This document shows, piece after piece, positions 1 to 8,068 of a DNA stretch of 64,000 nucleotides (position 1 is its first letter; every line of letters begins with the position of its first letter). The stretch comes from Clostridia bacterium. Its GTDB lineage: Bacteria > Bacillota > Clostridia > Christensenellales > CAG-138. A program made the position numbers and the translations under genes. The notes under the pieces are model-generated. The model ran no database searches, was not told the origin of the DNA, and was given only the letters and a program-made list of their open reading frames with translations. The stretch is from positions 1,856-65,855 of the forward strand of contig JAFXSG010000048.1 in the NCBI GenBank assembly GCA_017525875.1. Direction: 5' to 3'.

Positions 1-1067
1 TGTTAGGCAAGAGCAAAAAGGAAGTCACCGAGAAGCTGACGAAGATCAAGTACAGCATGATCACGGGGACCTATGTATCGCAGGAGCAGATCACCCTGCC
101 CGAGCTGGCAAGGCAAATGCTCAAGGACGATCTGAACATGAACTTTATCCGTCTAAGCACCTATTCCCGACATATCGAAACGCTGAAACGTATCGAAGCG
201 AACCCTTATATGAAAACGACGCCGATGCAGCAGCTCAGCTATACCGGCGTCAAGGAATATCTCTTAACCGAAACGAGAGCGGCGCAGAGCGTGATCGATA
301 AGATCTATATGATGATCCAGCGGATCATGCGCGAGGGCGTCAAAAGGACTATCCTCACCAAAAATCAGTTGGAAGGGATCAGAAAGCCGAAGTCGGAAAA
401 GCGTACCGAAAAGGTGCGGGCTCTCACCAAGGAGGAGCAGATAAAGCTCTATGAAGTGCTTACGACGGAGGACGTCAACTATTCCCATCAGATGCTGCTT
501 TCGATGTTTACGGGAATGAGGATGGGTGAGATAAACGCCCTGAAGATCGACGATATCAATCTCAAGATGAAGACGATCAGCATCAGCCGGACGATTTCGA
601 GGGATATCAAAGGCAGAGCTTTTGTGTCTCAAAGCGCAAAGACCGAAAACGGCAACCGAGTGATCGGTATTTCGGATACGGCATTGCCGCTCGTCAAAGA
701 GATCCTTCATTGCGCCGAAGACAGCGAGTACCTGTTTATTTACAGGGGCAAGCATATAACCACCTCACAGGTAAATATGGAGTTCAAACGCACCCTTGAA
801 AGATACGGGATCGTTGACCCGAAGGTCAAGGGCAAGGTTTCGCTCCATTCGCTGCGCCACACCTATGCGACAAGGTGTATCGAGGCGGGTATGCAGGCCA
901 AGGTGCTGCAGCACCTCTTAGGGCATTCGGATATCAGCATCACGCTGAATACCTACTGCGACGCATTCGAGAGCTTTCAGCGTGAGAACATCGCCATGGC
1001 GGACGAATATCTTGCGGGTATGGGTATTGGCTCAGGAAAGCTTCATCTGCTGAAAACAGCCGGATGA
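1..1067 (+). CDS. Tyrosine recombinase / phage-type integrase (5' end outside window)
   Basis: The frame is open from base 3 (LGKSKKEVTEKLTKIKYS precedes the first Met), so the N-terminus is off-window. The C-terminus carries the tyrosine recombinase signature HSLRHTYATRCIEAG ... LLGHSDISITLNTYCD. Confidence 0.9.
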   Translation, partial: LGKSKKEVTEKLTKIKYSMITGTYVSQEQITLPELARQMLKDDLNMNFIRLSTYSRHIETLKRIEANPYMKTTPMQQLSYTGVKEYLLTETRAAQSVIDKIYMMIQRIMREGVKRTILTKNQLEGIRKPKSEKRTEKVRALTKEEQIKLYEVLTTEDVNYSHQMLLSMFTGMRMGEINALKIDDINLKMKTISISRTISRDIKGRAFVSQSAKTENGNRVIGISDTALPLVKEILHCAEDSEYLFIYRGKHITTSQVNMEFKRTLERYGIVDPKVKGKVSLHSLRHTYATRCIEAGMQAKVLQHLLGHSDISITLNTYCDAFESFQRENIAMADEYLAGMGIGSGKLHLLKTAG

Positions 1068-1198
1068 CATTCGCCAGATAAAGACAAAAGCGGGAGATTT
1101 CGCATGTGTAATACGCGAGAATCTCCCGCTGTTTTTTTCATTTTTTCGGGGAAAAACAGGGCCCTCATTGCACAGGATTTTTCGACTTTTTCAATGCA

Positions 1199-1484
1199 GA
1201 AAAACCTAATACTAATAAGGCTTTTTTGAACCTCGAATCTTGACTCGGATACGCTAAAAAATGAGCCGCGTTGCACACGCGTTGCACAGCGGTTGCACAC
1301 GGCATAAGCGAAAAAGTCAATAAAACCAAGGACTTTTTCAAAGCTTGCGTCCGGTCACATGAAAATTCACGAGCCCGAAAAAGCGCTCAGAAAGGGCCCA
1401 AAAGTCGTTTGTGTGCAACCGTTGCACAACGGTTGCACACAAACAGGGCCAAAAAACCTAATAAAACAAAGGATTTTTTGAAGC
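1199..1484. repeat. Iteron-like repeat field downstream of the integrase gene
   Basis: Two arrays of three GTTGCACA 8-mers spaced exactly 11 bp apart: 1270-1277, 1281-1288, 1292-1299, and 1412-1419 (inverted), 1421-1428, 1432-1439. These are interleaved with three copies of an A/T-rich unit, AAAAACCTAATAnTAAnAAGGnTTTTTTGAA, at 1199-1232, 1311-1344 (diverged) and 1451-1484. Confidence 0.7.
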
Positions 1485-1663
1485 GTGTCCCACCACCGGC
1501 ACCACGTCGTCGCGGACTTCGCTTAGTTCGCGACGATTTCTTTATTTCATAAAAAATCGTCGCATCACCTTGCTCCGTCGCTCCTCCTTTCCGCAAAATG
1601 TCCCGCTCGGCCGAATACGCGGGGGCGGATGCGGCCGAAAGCGCTCCCCCGTCCCCTGTTTTC

Positions 1664-1692
1664 TTGTATTCCTTATTAAAATTTGATATAAT
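1664..1692 (+). promoter_or_regulatory. Sigma-A-type promoter upstream of holin gene
   Basis: TTGTAT (1664-1669), 17-nt spacer, TGaTATAAT extended -10 (1687-1692). The -10 and downstream 21 nt are identical to 30196-30216. Confidence 0.5.
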
Positions 1693-1740
1693 AATAGTAG
1701 AGGCAGATCTGTCGCATTCAATGGATTTCAGCAAACGATC

Positions 1741-2280
1741 TTGACAAAACTTATTCTGAATGCCGGAGCGGAGGCTCTTGAATCGAGGGTCTCCTTCGGC
1801 GCTGTAACGAGGATATTCTCCTCTGTGATGAGCTGGTTTTTCTGGCTCATTATACTGTTTTTCGCGGCGATGGTATTCGATTACGTCACCGGGACGCTTG
1901 CCGCGCGTAAATGCGGCGAATGGAGCTCCACTAAAGCGCGCGAGGGGCTGTATCACAAGCTCGGCATCGCAGGCGCGCTGATACTTGCGCTGCTTATAGA
2001 CATCGTGGTCGGGCTCGCGGCGGACACCGTTATCCGCCTGCCGTTCGAGTTCCGCGGGCTGTTCTCCCCGCTCTGCGCGGTATGGTACATCGTTACGGAG
2101 TTCGGCAGCGTTACCGAGAACCTGAACAGACTCGGCGCTAAGCTGCCCGCTTTCCTGACGCGCGGGCTGGCCATCCTCAAGGGCAGCATAGAAGAGCGGG
2201 ATGTTGAAGCTGGCGGACGAGATGAGAGCACGCGGAAGGAAAAAGAGCAAAGTCAGCGGATGGATAAGGATCAACAGTAA
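1741..2280 (+). CDS. Phage holin family protein (phi LC3 / Phage_holin_4_1-like)
   Basis: Membrane protein with MVFDYVTGTLAA, LGIAGALILALLIDIVVG and VWYIVTEFGSVTENL..LPAFL, which matches this holin family from memory. The start is uncertain (TTG at 1741 or ATG at 1828) and no good RBS is visible. Confidence 0.65.
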   Translation: MTKLILNAGAEALESRVSFGAVTRIFSSVMSWFFWLIILFFAAMVFDYVTGTLAARKCGEWSSTKAREGLYHKLGIAGALILALLIDIVVGLAADTVIRLPFEFRGLFSPLCAVWYIVTEFGSVTENLNRLGAKLPAFLTRGLAILKGSIEERDVEAGGRDESTRKEKEQSQRMDKDQQ

Positions 2281-2317
2281 AGAGACAAGATCGATTTTTT
2301 AGGGAAAATCGAACGAT

Positions 2318-2377
2318 AACACCTCATCCGTCATTTCGCCTAAGCAAAACGCCGCCTTCCCCTCCAAGGGGAAGGCC
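2318..2377. repeat. REP-like intergenic repeat, family 1 (ACACCTCATCCG ... CCCCTCnAAGGGGAAGGCC)
   Basis: One of five copies; the others are at 4054-4113, 7507-7598, 7941-8023 and 16820-16870. It contains the small hairpin CCCCT-CAA-AGGGG. Confidence 0.8.
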
Positions 2378-2410
2378 CGGAACCGCAAGCTTTGCTGTGG
2401 GAGCGACGCC

Positions 2411-2443
2411 GAAAAGGGAGCGCACCCCGTTGGGTGCGCTCCC
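2411..2443 (-). terminator. Rho-independent terminator of the Cys/Gly-rich peptide gene
   Basis: Perfect 12-bp stem GGGAGCGCACCC/GGGTGCGCTCCC with a 4-nt loop, followed by a T-run on the minus strand. Confidence 0.75.
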
Positions 2444-2466
2444 CGTCATTTGCGGCGGACGCCGTT

Positions 2467-2709
2467 TCAGTTGCAGCCGCAGCCGCAGCCGTTGTTGTTA
2501 TTGTTGTTGTCGCAGTCATTGCAGCCGCAGCCGAGGGAACCGTTGCCGAAAAGGATGATGAGGATGATGATCCACCACCAGTTGTTCCCGCCGAAACCGC
2601 AGCCGCAGCCGTCGTCGCAACCGCAGCCGAAGCCGCTGCCGCTGCCGTTCGCCGCGATGATGAGCAGGATGATCAACCACCAGTTGTTGTTCATGCAGTT
2701 GTTACACAT
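2467..2709 (-). CDS. Tiny (80 aa) Cys/Gly/Asn-rich tandem-duplicated membrane peptide
   Basis: Strong RBS GAAGGAGG 8 nt before the ATG and its own hairpin terminator. There are two halves, each an N-rich stretch, then a WW(L/I)IILxI hydrophobic helix, then a GCGCxxGCGC tail. Confidence 0.7.
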   Translation of the reverse strand: MCNNCMNNNWWLIILLIIAANGSGSGFGCGCDDGCGCGFGGNNWWWIIILIILFGNGSLGCGCNDCDNNNNNNGCGCGCN

Positions 2710-2821
2710 ATTGCCGTGCCTCCTTCAATTTCGGAGCGGCTTTCCGCCCCGTCTGCTTTATAATACGCGGCAGGGACGAAATGCGTGAAAGCGGTCCTTC
2801 CGAAAAAAGCGCCGCCGGCTA

Positions 2822-2850
2822 TTGCAATACCTGCGGGACGGTGCTATAAT
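2822..2850 (+). promoter_or_regulatory. Sigma-A-type promoter of riboswitch-ribU unit
   Basis: TTGCAA (2822-2827), 17-nt spacer, TGcTATAAT (2845-2850). Confidence 0.6.
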
Positions 2851-2851
2851 G

Positions 2852-2985
2852 GGATTGCTTCGGGGCAGGGTGAAAATCCCTACCGGCAGTTACAGTCTGC
2901 GAGTGCAGGCGGCCGCGCCGCCTGTTGCCGAACCGGTGGAATTCCGGTACCGACGGTCACAGTCCGGATGAGAGAAGCGGAACAA
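2852..2985 (+). ncRNA. FMN riboswitch (RFN element)
   Basis: Shows hallmark RFN strings: CTTCGGGGCAGGGTGAAAATCCCTACCGGCAGT ... CCGAACCGGTGGAATTCCGGTACCGACGGT.ACAGTCCGGATGAGAGAAGCGG. A possible terminator pairs AAGCGGA (2975-2981) with TCCGCTT (3012-3018), followed by TTTT. An anti-SD CCTCC sits at about 2999. Confidence 0.9.
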
Positions 2986-3049
2986 CATCAGGATATCGCC
3001 TCCTTTTGCGCTCCGCTTTTTCGGGGCAGATCAATAGGAGGTTTTTATT

Positions 3050-3799
3050 ATGGAAAAACTGAAAAAAACATTTGAAGCCGCGAAGGGCAACCTGGGTTTC
3101 CTGGGCGTTTGTCTGCTGGTCTTCGCGGGGATCTTCCTTGCTGCGCTCCTTTACGAGCGGCTGTTCATGAAGGACCGGAAGCGCCTGCGGGACACGCATT
3201 ACGTTGCCTACGTCGCGCTGTTCTCGAGCATGGCGGCGGTGCTGATGCTGCTGGAGTTTCCGCTGTTCTTCGCGCCGGGGTTCTATAAGCTGGACCTTTC
3301 GGAGCTGCCGGTCATGATTTGCACGTTCTATCTCGGCCCGGTGGCGGGCGTGGTGACGGAGCTTATCAAGATCGTCCTCAAGCTGCTGCTCAAATCCACC
3401 TCGACCGCGTTCGTGGGCGATTTCGCGAATTTCGTGGTCGGCTGCGCGTTCGTGCTCCCCGCGAGCATGATCTACCACGCAAAGCCCGGCAAGAAGACGG
3501 CCCTCATCGGCCTCGGCGCCGGTACGCTCGTTATGACGATCTTCGGCAGCGCCTTCAACGCGCTGTACCTGATCCCGAAATTCGCGGAGCTGTTCCATAT
3601 GGAGCTCGATGCGATCGTGGGCATGGGTACGGCGGTCAACAGCCGGATCAACAGCGTCTGGTCGCTTGTGCTGTGGGCGGTCGTGCCGTTCAACCTGCTA
3701 AAGGGGCTGATCGTTTCGGTGCTGACGTTCCTGCTTTACAAACGCGTTTCGCCGCTGATGCATTGGGGCGATAATAAGAAAAAGGCAAGGAAAGCCTGA
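3050..3799 (+). CDS. ribU: ECF transporter S component, riboflavin-specific (RibU-like)
   Basis: Multi-TM protein with YKLDLSELPVMICTFYLGPVAGVVTELIKIVLKLL, typical of RibU-type S components. It lies directly downstream of an FMN riboswitch, and an AGGAGG RBS precedes the ATG. Confidence 0.8.
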   Translation: MEKLKKTFEAAKGNLGFLGVCLLVFAGIFLAALLYERLFMKDRKRLRDTHYVAYVALFSSMAAVLMLLEFPLFFAPGFYKLDLSELPVMICTFYLGPVAGVVTELIKIVLKLLLKSTSTAFVGDFANFVVGCAFVLPASMIYHAKPGKKTALIGLGAGTLVMTIFGSAFNALYLIPKFAELFHMELDAIVGMGTAVNSRINSVWSLVLWAVVPFNLLKGLIVSVLTFLLYKRVSPLMHWGDNKKKARKA

Positions 3800-4053
3800 C
3801 GGAGTCAACGGTTTGAAGCCGCCTTCGGCGCATCCGCATAAGGATACGCCGTTCGGGCGGCTTTTTGATTTGCGAGCGAGGCGAGCCGCAGCGGAATGAG
3901 TGAGCTTCCGCGCTTGCGCGAAAACAAATGATATGGAGCTTGCGGTGATGCGGTGCTGCAAACCGATCGCGCTATCGCGAAAAAAGGGAACGGAAAGGGG
4001 CGGGAAAGAATGAATGATCGCGGTGGCTCTTCCTTTGATCAAAACCGGTTTGT

Positions 4054-4113
4054 GACACCTCATCCGTCATCTCTCTCAAGAGAGACGCCGCCGTCCCCTC
4101 AAAGGGGAAGGCC
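4054..4113. repeat. REP-like intergenic repeat, family 1
   Basis: GACACCTCATCCGTCAT ... CCCCTCAAAGGGGAAGGCC. Confidence 0.8.
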
Positions 4114-4156
4114 GCCGACATGTTCGGTTCTCCGCCGCATTCCGTGTCACGAACAA

Positions 4157-4184
4157 AGCGGGCGGCAGGCTGCCGCCCCTACGG
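4157..4184. repeat. REP-like hairpin repeat, family 2 (GCGGGCGGCAGnyTGCCGCCCCTAC)
   Basis: Hairpin GGGCGGCA/TGCCGCCC. Further copies are at 13829-13854 and 20745-20771, each preceded by a related TTCCGTnTCnC stretch. Confidence 0.8.
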
Positions 4185-4189
4185 GTATA

Positions 4190-4218
4190 AGAAAGGAGCG
4201 CACCCGCGGGTGCGCTCC
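4190..4218 (-). terminator. Rho-independent terminator of dockerin gene 4237-7317
   Basis: Stem GGAGCGCACCC/GGGTGCGCTCC followed by a T-run on the minus strand. Confidence 0.7.
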
Positions 4219-4236
4219 TTTCGGTCAAGTGCGGAA

Positions 4237-7200
4237 TTACAGGGTGATGAGGCCCATGGCGACCCTCATGATGATGAGCGCGTCGGAGATGTCCACGCTG
4301 CTGTCGCCGTTGACGTTCGCGCGCTGGAGCTGTGCGGGAGTCAGGGTGATGAGACCCATCGCGTAGCGCATCACGAGCAGCGCGTCGGTGATATCCACGA
4401 AACCGTCGTCGTTGACGTCGCCGAGGAGACCGCCGGGGGTGCCTGCTATATGCTCAACGTAATCGAGCTTGAAGCAGTCCATGCCGCGGTTGACGCTGCC
4501 GTCCTTATGGTAGGTCCACTCGAACTGATAGTTGCCCGCGGAAGGCGCGGTCCACTCGTACCAATCCCAATCGACAAGGCCGGACGCCGTGAAGGCTTCG
4601 CTGCCGTTGACGCGGAACACGAGATAGTCGTAATCCTGCTCGCTGGAAACGAAGTACTGGAAGCGGAGCTTGTCGCCCGCAGCCATCTGGACGGAGGTGG
4701 TGAGGGTGGCGTTGGTATCCGGCTCCGCCCAGGTCGCGGAGGTGGCGATATCGTCGTCATTCCAGAAGTCGGTCCAGACGTTGTCGTAATCGAAGTGGAG
4801 AGTGCCGCCTTCGACGTTCAGCGCCTCGTCGATAGAGTGCCATTCTATGCCGGCGTCGGGGCTGACGCCGCAGTTGCGAACGGCGATAACGTCGAACGGC
4901 TCGAACTCCCAGCCTCTCTCGGGCCTTGAATAGGTCCAGGTGAAGGTATACAGGCCGGAGGTGAACGCTTCGTAGTACTTGGTCGTCCAGCTCGACACGT
5001 TGGCGGACTGGTTGAGATCGAGGATGGTTTCGCCTTCTGTCGTTGTGACGGTGCAGGTGAAGCGCGGCGTCCAGTCGGAATAGCTGATGTTGTTAAGGTC
5101 GGCTTTGTACTGGAAGGAGAAGAGGGAGCCGTAGTCCATGTAGACCGTAGCGGAGACGGTCGCGGTGCAGGCGGAGCCGCTGCCGGTTAGGTTGTTGCGG
5201 TTGGTGGGCATAGCGCAGAGATCGGAGCCGAGGTAGGCGGATTCCCACTTATAGGCGCCGCTGCTGTTGAAGTGCAGGTTGCTGCCCGACGCGTTCATCG
5301 CGTTGTCGAGACCGGGATCGGGCGCAGCAGTGATCGCTAAGTTGCGCAGCATGCAGCAGTCGGGCTCGGTGTTGACGGAGGCGTCCTTCACGAACTCAAA
5401 GTGTATGACTACGTCCTCCGCATAAGCGCAGGTCCACGTGAAAGTGTGCCAGCTGTCGGACGCGTTGCCGGTGATGAACTGGTTGACGTCGTTCGAGGTG
5501 CCGTTAGCGTCGATATTGATGTGCAGCTTGTCGGTACTCTCGGAACGGACGGTATACTCGAAGCGGATCTGATCGCCGGGATGCATGCCGTCGCAGTAGA
5601 CGTCCGCAAAGGCCGTGGTGCTCTCATAGTACTTGTTGCGGGAGATCAGGCAGTTGTTGCTTCCGTCCTTATACGGGAGGAAGTACTCATTGCCGTCGAT
5701 GATATCGGAATAGACGCGGCAATCGCCTGCGTTGTTGTTCGCGTCTACGAACGCGTCCTGAACGGTGAACGTGTTGTGATAGCCCCATCCGTTCAGAGCG
5801 TTGCCGTAGCTGTGGCTGCCGACGTAGCGGATGGTGTCGATCATCGCATAGTCGAAGCCCTTGGAAACGGAGCTGTCCTTGGTGTATTCCCACCTCATCA
5901 CATAGCTGCCGGTGGACGGCGCGGTATAGGTGAAGGATCTCCAGTTCGACTGCTCCCAGCCGGAAGCGAACAGCTCGGTATCGCCGTTGACGCTGAACCT
6001 GAGTCCGTCATAATCCTCTTCGCTGGAGACCTGATACTGGAACGACAGCGTTTCGCCCGCCGCCATGTTTACGATGGTCTCGATGTAGGAGGAGGAAGCA
6101 GAGCCCTCAAGGTAGCGGTTGTTGTTGATCGCGCGGTAATCGTTGCCGCCCGCGTTATTGGTGCCGACGAAGCTCGAGGTGCCCTTCGGGGAGTTGAAGG
6201 TCAGGAACGCGTCGGAATTGGTGGCGTTGAGGTTTGCCTCATCGGACCAGACGTAGTTATAGTCGGCCGCCCTGCCGTAGGCGTCCTGCTGAGCGAAACG
6301 GAGGTTGTCGATGCAGACGACGTCTTCGCCCTGGTTGATGTTTCCGTCCTTTATGTAATCAAAGGTGAAGGTATAGAGGCCCTGGGCCGCGCAGGTGTAG
6401 GTATAGCTTGTCCAGCTGTAGTCGTTGTGGCCGGAGGTCCTGTATGCCTCCGTGCCGTTGACGGAGAACTTGAAATAGTCGTAGGTCGCTTCACAGGATA
6501 TGGCGTACGCGAATATGAAATCCACGGGGGCCTGCTCTACCCAAGCCTTGACGGTGAGGGTCGAGGTCGAGTTGCCCTCGCCCTTGTTGCCGCTGTAGAG
6601 ATAGAGCCCGTGGTCGGCGTTATCGGTCTCCTTGACGTAGAAGGGATAGGTGCCCGTTGTTGCCACGCTGATGATGTTGCCACTCATGCCCTTATTGAGC
6701 GCTGCGCGGGTAAGGTAGAAATCCTTCTGCCTGCTGTAGGTCAGATAGCCGATGCGTACGCAGTCCGCGCCGGTGTTGCCCGAGGGATCCTTGTGATAGA
6801 TGAATTCGAACTCGTGCTGACCGGAGCTCGTGCAGGTGTAGGTGTAGGTCTCCCAGCCGTTGGTCATCGAACCGCTCTTTGCGAAGACCTGATTGCCGTT
6901 GTCCTTGAAGATGAACTTGTCGTAGTTCTGCTCGGTCTCATACCAATACTGGAAGGTGATGGTCTCGCCGGAGTACATGTAGAACGAGTCGATGGAAATG
7001 GTCGCTTCCGTACTTGCCTGACCATAGTTGTTCGACTCGAGCCAGTAATAGGTCGTGCCGTCGGTTGTCGCTTCCTGCTCGCTGAAACCGGGAATGTAGT
7101 TGGTGAGATCAAGTTCCGTGCCGGGGGTGAAAAGATGATCGGCGAGAGACTTAAGCGCAGGATCGACCTTTTCGGCCTTGGGGGCGGCTTCGGCCTTGCC

Positions 7201-7317
7201 CGCCTCTTCCTCGGTATCGCCGGGAGCGGGGTCGGTCACTGCGAACGCGGCCGCGGGGATGACCGTCAGTACCATAAGCACCGCGATCAGAACGGCCATG
7301 ATCCGTTTGAAGTTCAT
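4237..7317 (-). CDS. Secreted multi-module protein with C-terminal type I dockerin
   Basis: N-terminal signal peptide MNFKRIMAVLIAVLMVLTVIPAAAFA. About six repeats of a roughly 130-aa module (e.g. ETLSFQYQVSSEEDYDGLRFSVNGDTELFASG...WRSFTYTAPSTGSYVMRWEYTKDSSVSKG.DYAMID). C-terminal dockerin duplicated EF-hand-like repeats GDVNDDGFVDITDALLVMRYAMG ... NVNGDSSVDISDALIIMRVAMG. Confidence 0.9.
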   Translation of the reverse strand: MNFKRIMAVLIAVLMVLTVIPAAAFAVTDPAPGDTEEEAGKAEAAPKAEKVDPALKSLADHLFTPGTELDLTNYIPGFSEQEATTDGTTYYWLESNNYGQASTEATISIDSFYMYSGETITFQYWYETEQNYDKFIFKDNGNQVFAKSGSMTNGWETYTYTCTSSGQHEFEFIYHKDPSGNTGADCVRIGYLTYSRQKDFYLTRAALNKGMSGNIISVATTGTYPFYVKETDNADHGLYLYSGNKGEGNSTSTLTVKAWVEQAPVDFIFAYAISCEATYDYFKFSVNGTEAYRTSGHNDYSWTSYTYTCAAQGLYTFTFDYIKDGNINQGEDVVCIDNLRFAQQDAYGRAADYNYVWSDEANLNATNSDAFLTFNSPKGTSSFVGTNNAGGNDYRAINNNRYLEGSASSSYIETIVNMAAGETLSFQYQVSSEEDYDGLRFSVNGDTELFASGWEQSNWRSFTYTAPSTGSYVMRWEYTKDSSVSKGFDYAMIDTIRYVGSHSYGNALNGWGYHNTFTVQDAFVDANNNAGDCRVYSDIIDGNEYFLPYKDGSNNCLISRNKYYESTTAFADVYCDGMHPGDQIRFEYTVRSESTDKLHINIDANGTSNDVNQFITGNASDSWHTFTWTCAYAEDVVIHFEFVKDASVNTEPDCCMLRNLAITAAPDPGLDNAMNASGSNLHFNSSGAYKWESAYLGSDLCAMPTNRNNLTGSGSACTATVSATVYMDYGSLFSFQYKADLNNISYSDWTPRFTCTVTTTEGETILDLNQSANVSSWTTKYYEAFTSGLYTFTWTYSRPERGWEFEPFDVIAVRNCGVSPDAGIEWHSIDEALNVEGGTLHFDYDNVWTDFWNDDDIATSATWAEPDTNATLTTSVQMAAGDKLRFQYFVSSEQDYDYLVFRVNGSEAFTASGLVDWDWYEWTAPSAGNYQFEWTYHKDGSVNRGMDCFKLDYVEHIAGTPGGLLGDVNDDGFVDITDALLVMRYAMGLITLTPAQLQRANVNGDSSVDISDALIIMRVAMGLITL

Positions 7318-7506
7318 AGTATTACCTCCATGTATTTATTGCGCAAAAACTGTTTTTCCAGACGTGTAGACTGCGCTTATCTATACTATACCACAATCTT
7401 CCGTTCGTTTCAATATATGATTTACGTTTTTTCGCGGGAGTTTCGGGCGGGAGGGAGGATGATGCGGTGTCCGTTGATTCTGTGAAGTATCGCTCCTCTG
7501 CTGCAA

Positions 7507-7598
7507 AACACCTCATCCGTCATTTTGCCGAAGCAAAATGCCCGCGACCTGCGGATCGCGTTGTGACCAGCGGATCGCATCCCCTCAAAGGGGAAGGC
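7507..7598. repeat. REP-like intergenic repeat, family 1 (long variant)
   Basis: AACACCTCATCCGTCAT ... GTGACCAGCGGATCGCATCCCCTCAAAGGGGAAGGC. Confidence 0.8.
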
Positions 7599-7940
7599 GA
7601 AAACGACACAGACATGAAGGAAATGCACTTTGCGAACGAAGTGAGCCGCAGCGAGTCAAAAGCCAGCAAGCTTACTTGGCCAAATTGCCGAGGCAATTAT
7701 GGCAGGCGCGCATAGTACCCGCAAAAGGTTGGTAGCGCAGCGTGACCTTTTGCGGAAAGGAGGAGCAGCGGAACGAGCGAGCTTTCGCACACCTGCGGAA
7801 GCGAGTGATATGGAGCTTGTGACGACGCGGCGCCGAACCGCGATTGCTCAGCAGCTAGGGAAAGGGGCACCGAAGGTGCTGCAAACCAATCAAGCTTGTG
7901 CGCTCTGACTAAGGAAGCGGAATGCTGCGGAAACCCTTAA

Positions 7941-8023
7941 AACACCTCAACCGTCTGCTTAGGGCTCTGCCCTTCGCATCCACCGTGCGACCAGCGGATC
8001 GCATCCCCTCAAAGGGGAAGGCC
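7941..8023. repeat. REP-like intergenic repeat, family 1 (long variant)
   Basis: AACACCTCAACCGTC ... GCGACCAGCGGATCGCATCCCCTCAAAGGGGAAGGCC. Confidence 0.8.
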
Positions 8024-8035
8024 GCCGGCATAGTA

Positions 8036-8068
8036 TAAAAACGGAGCGCACCCGGGGGGTGCGCTCCG
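8036..8068 (-). terminator. Rho-independent terminator of dockerin gene 8093-10621
   Basis: Stem CGGAGCGCACCC/GGGTGCGCTCCG followed by a T-run on the minus strand. Confidence 0.7.

Noticed and set aside
1271-2274. ORFs 1271-1552 (+), 1043-1300 (-) and 1387-2274 (-)
   Set aside because: They run through the GTTGCACA/A-T-rich repeat field and a REP-like motif, or lie antisense to the holin gene. Their sequences are not protein-like.
2392-2788. Two plus-strand ORFs (123 and 112 aa) with poly-A/V or poly-Q/P/L tracts
   Set aside because: They are mirror frames of the GC(N) repeat codons of the minus-strand Cys/Gly-rich peptide gene. Only that gene has an RBS and a terminator.
5401-7485. 694-aa plus-strand ORF
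   Set aside because: It is entirely antisense to dockerin gene 4237-7317. Its composition is the V/G/A/R/D-rich mirror image typical of shadow ORFs in GC-rich DNA, and it has no RBS or recognisable motif.
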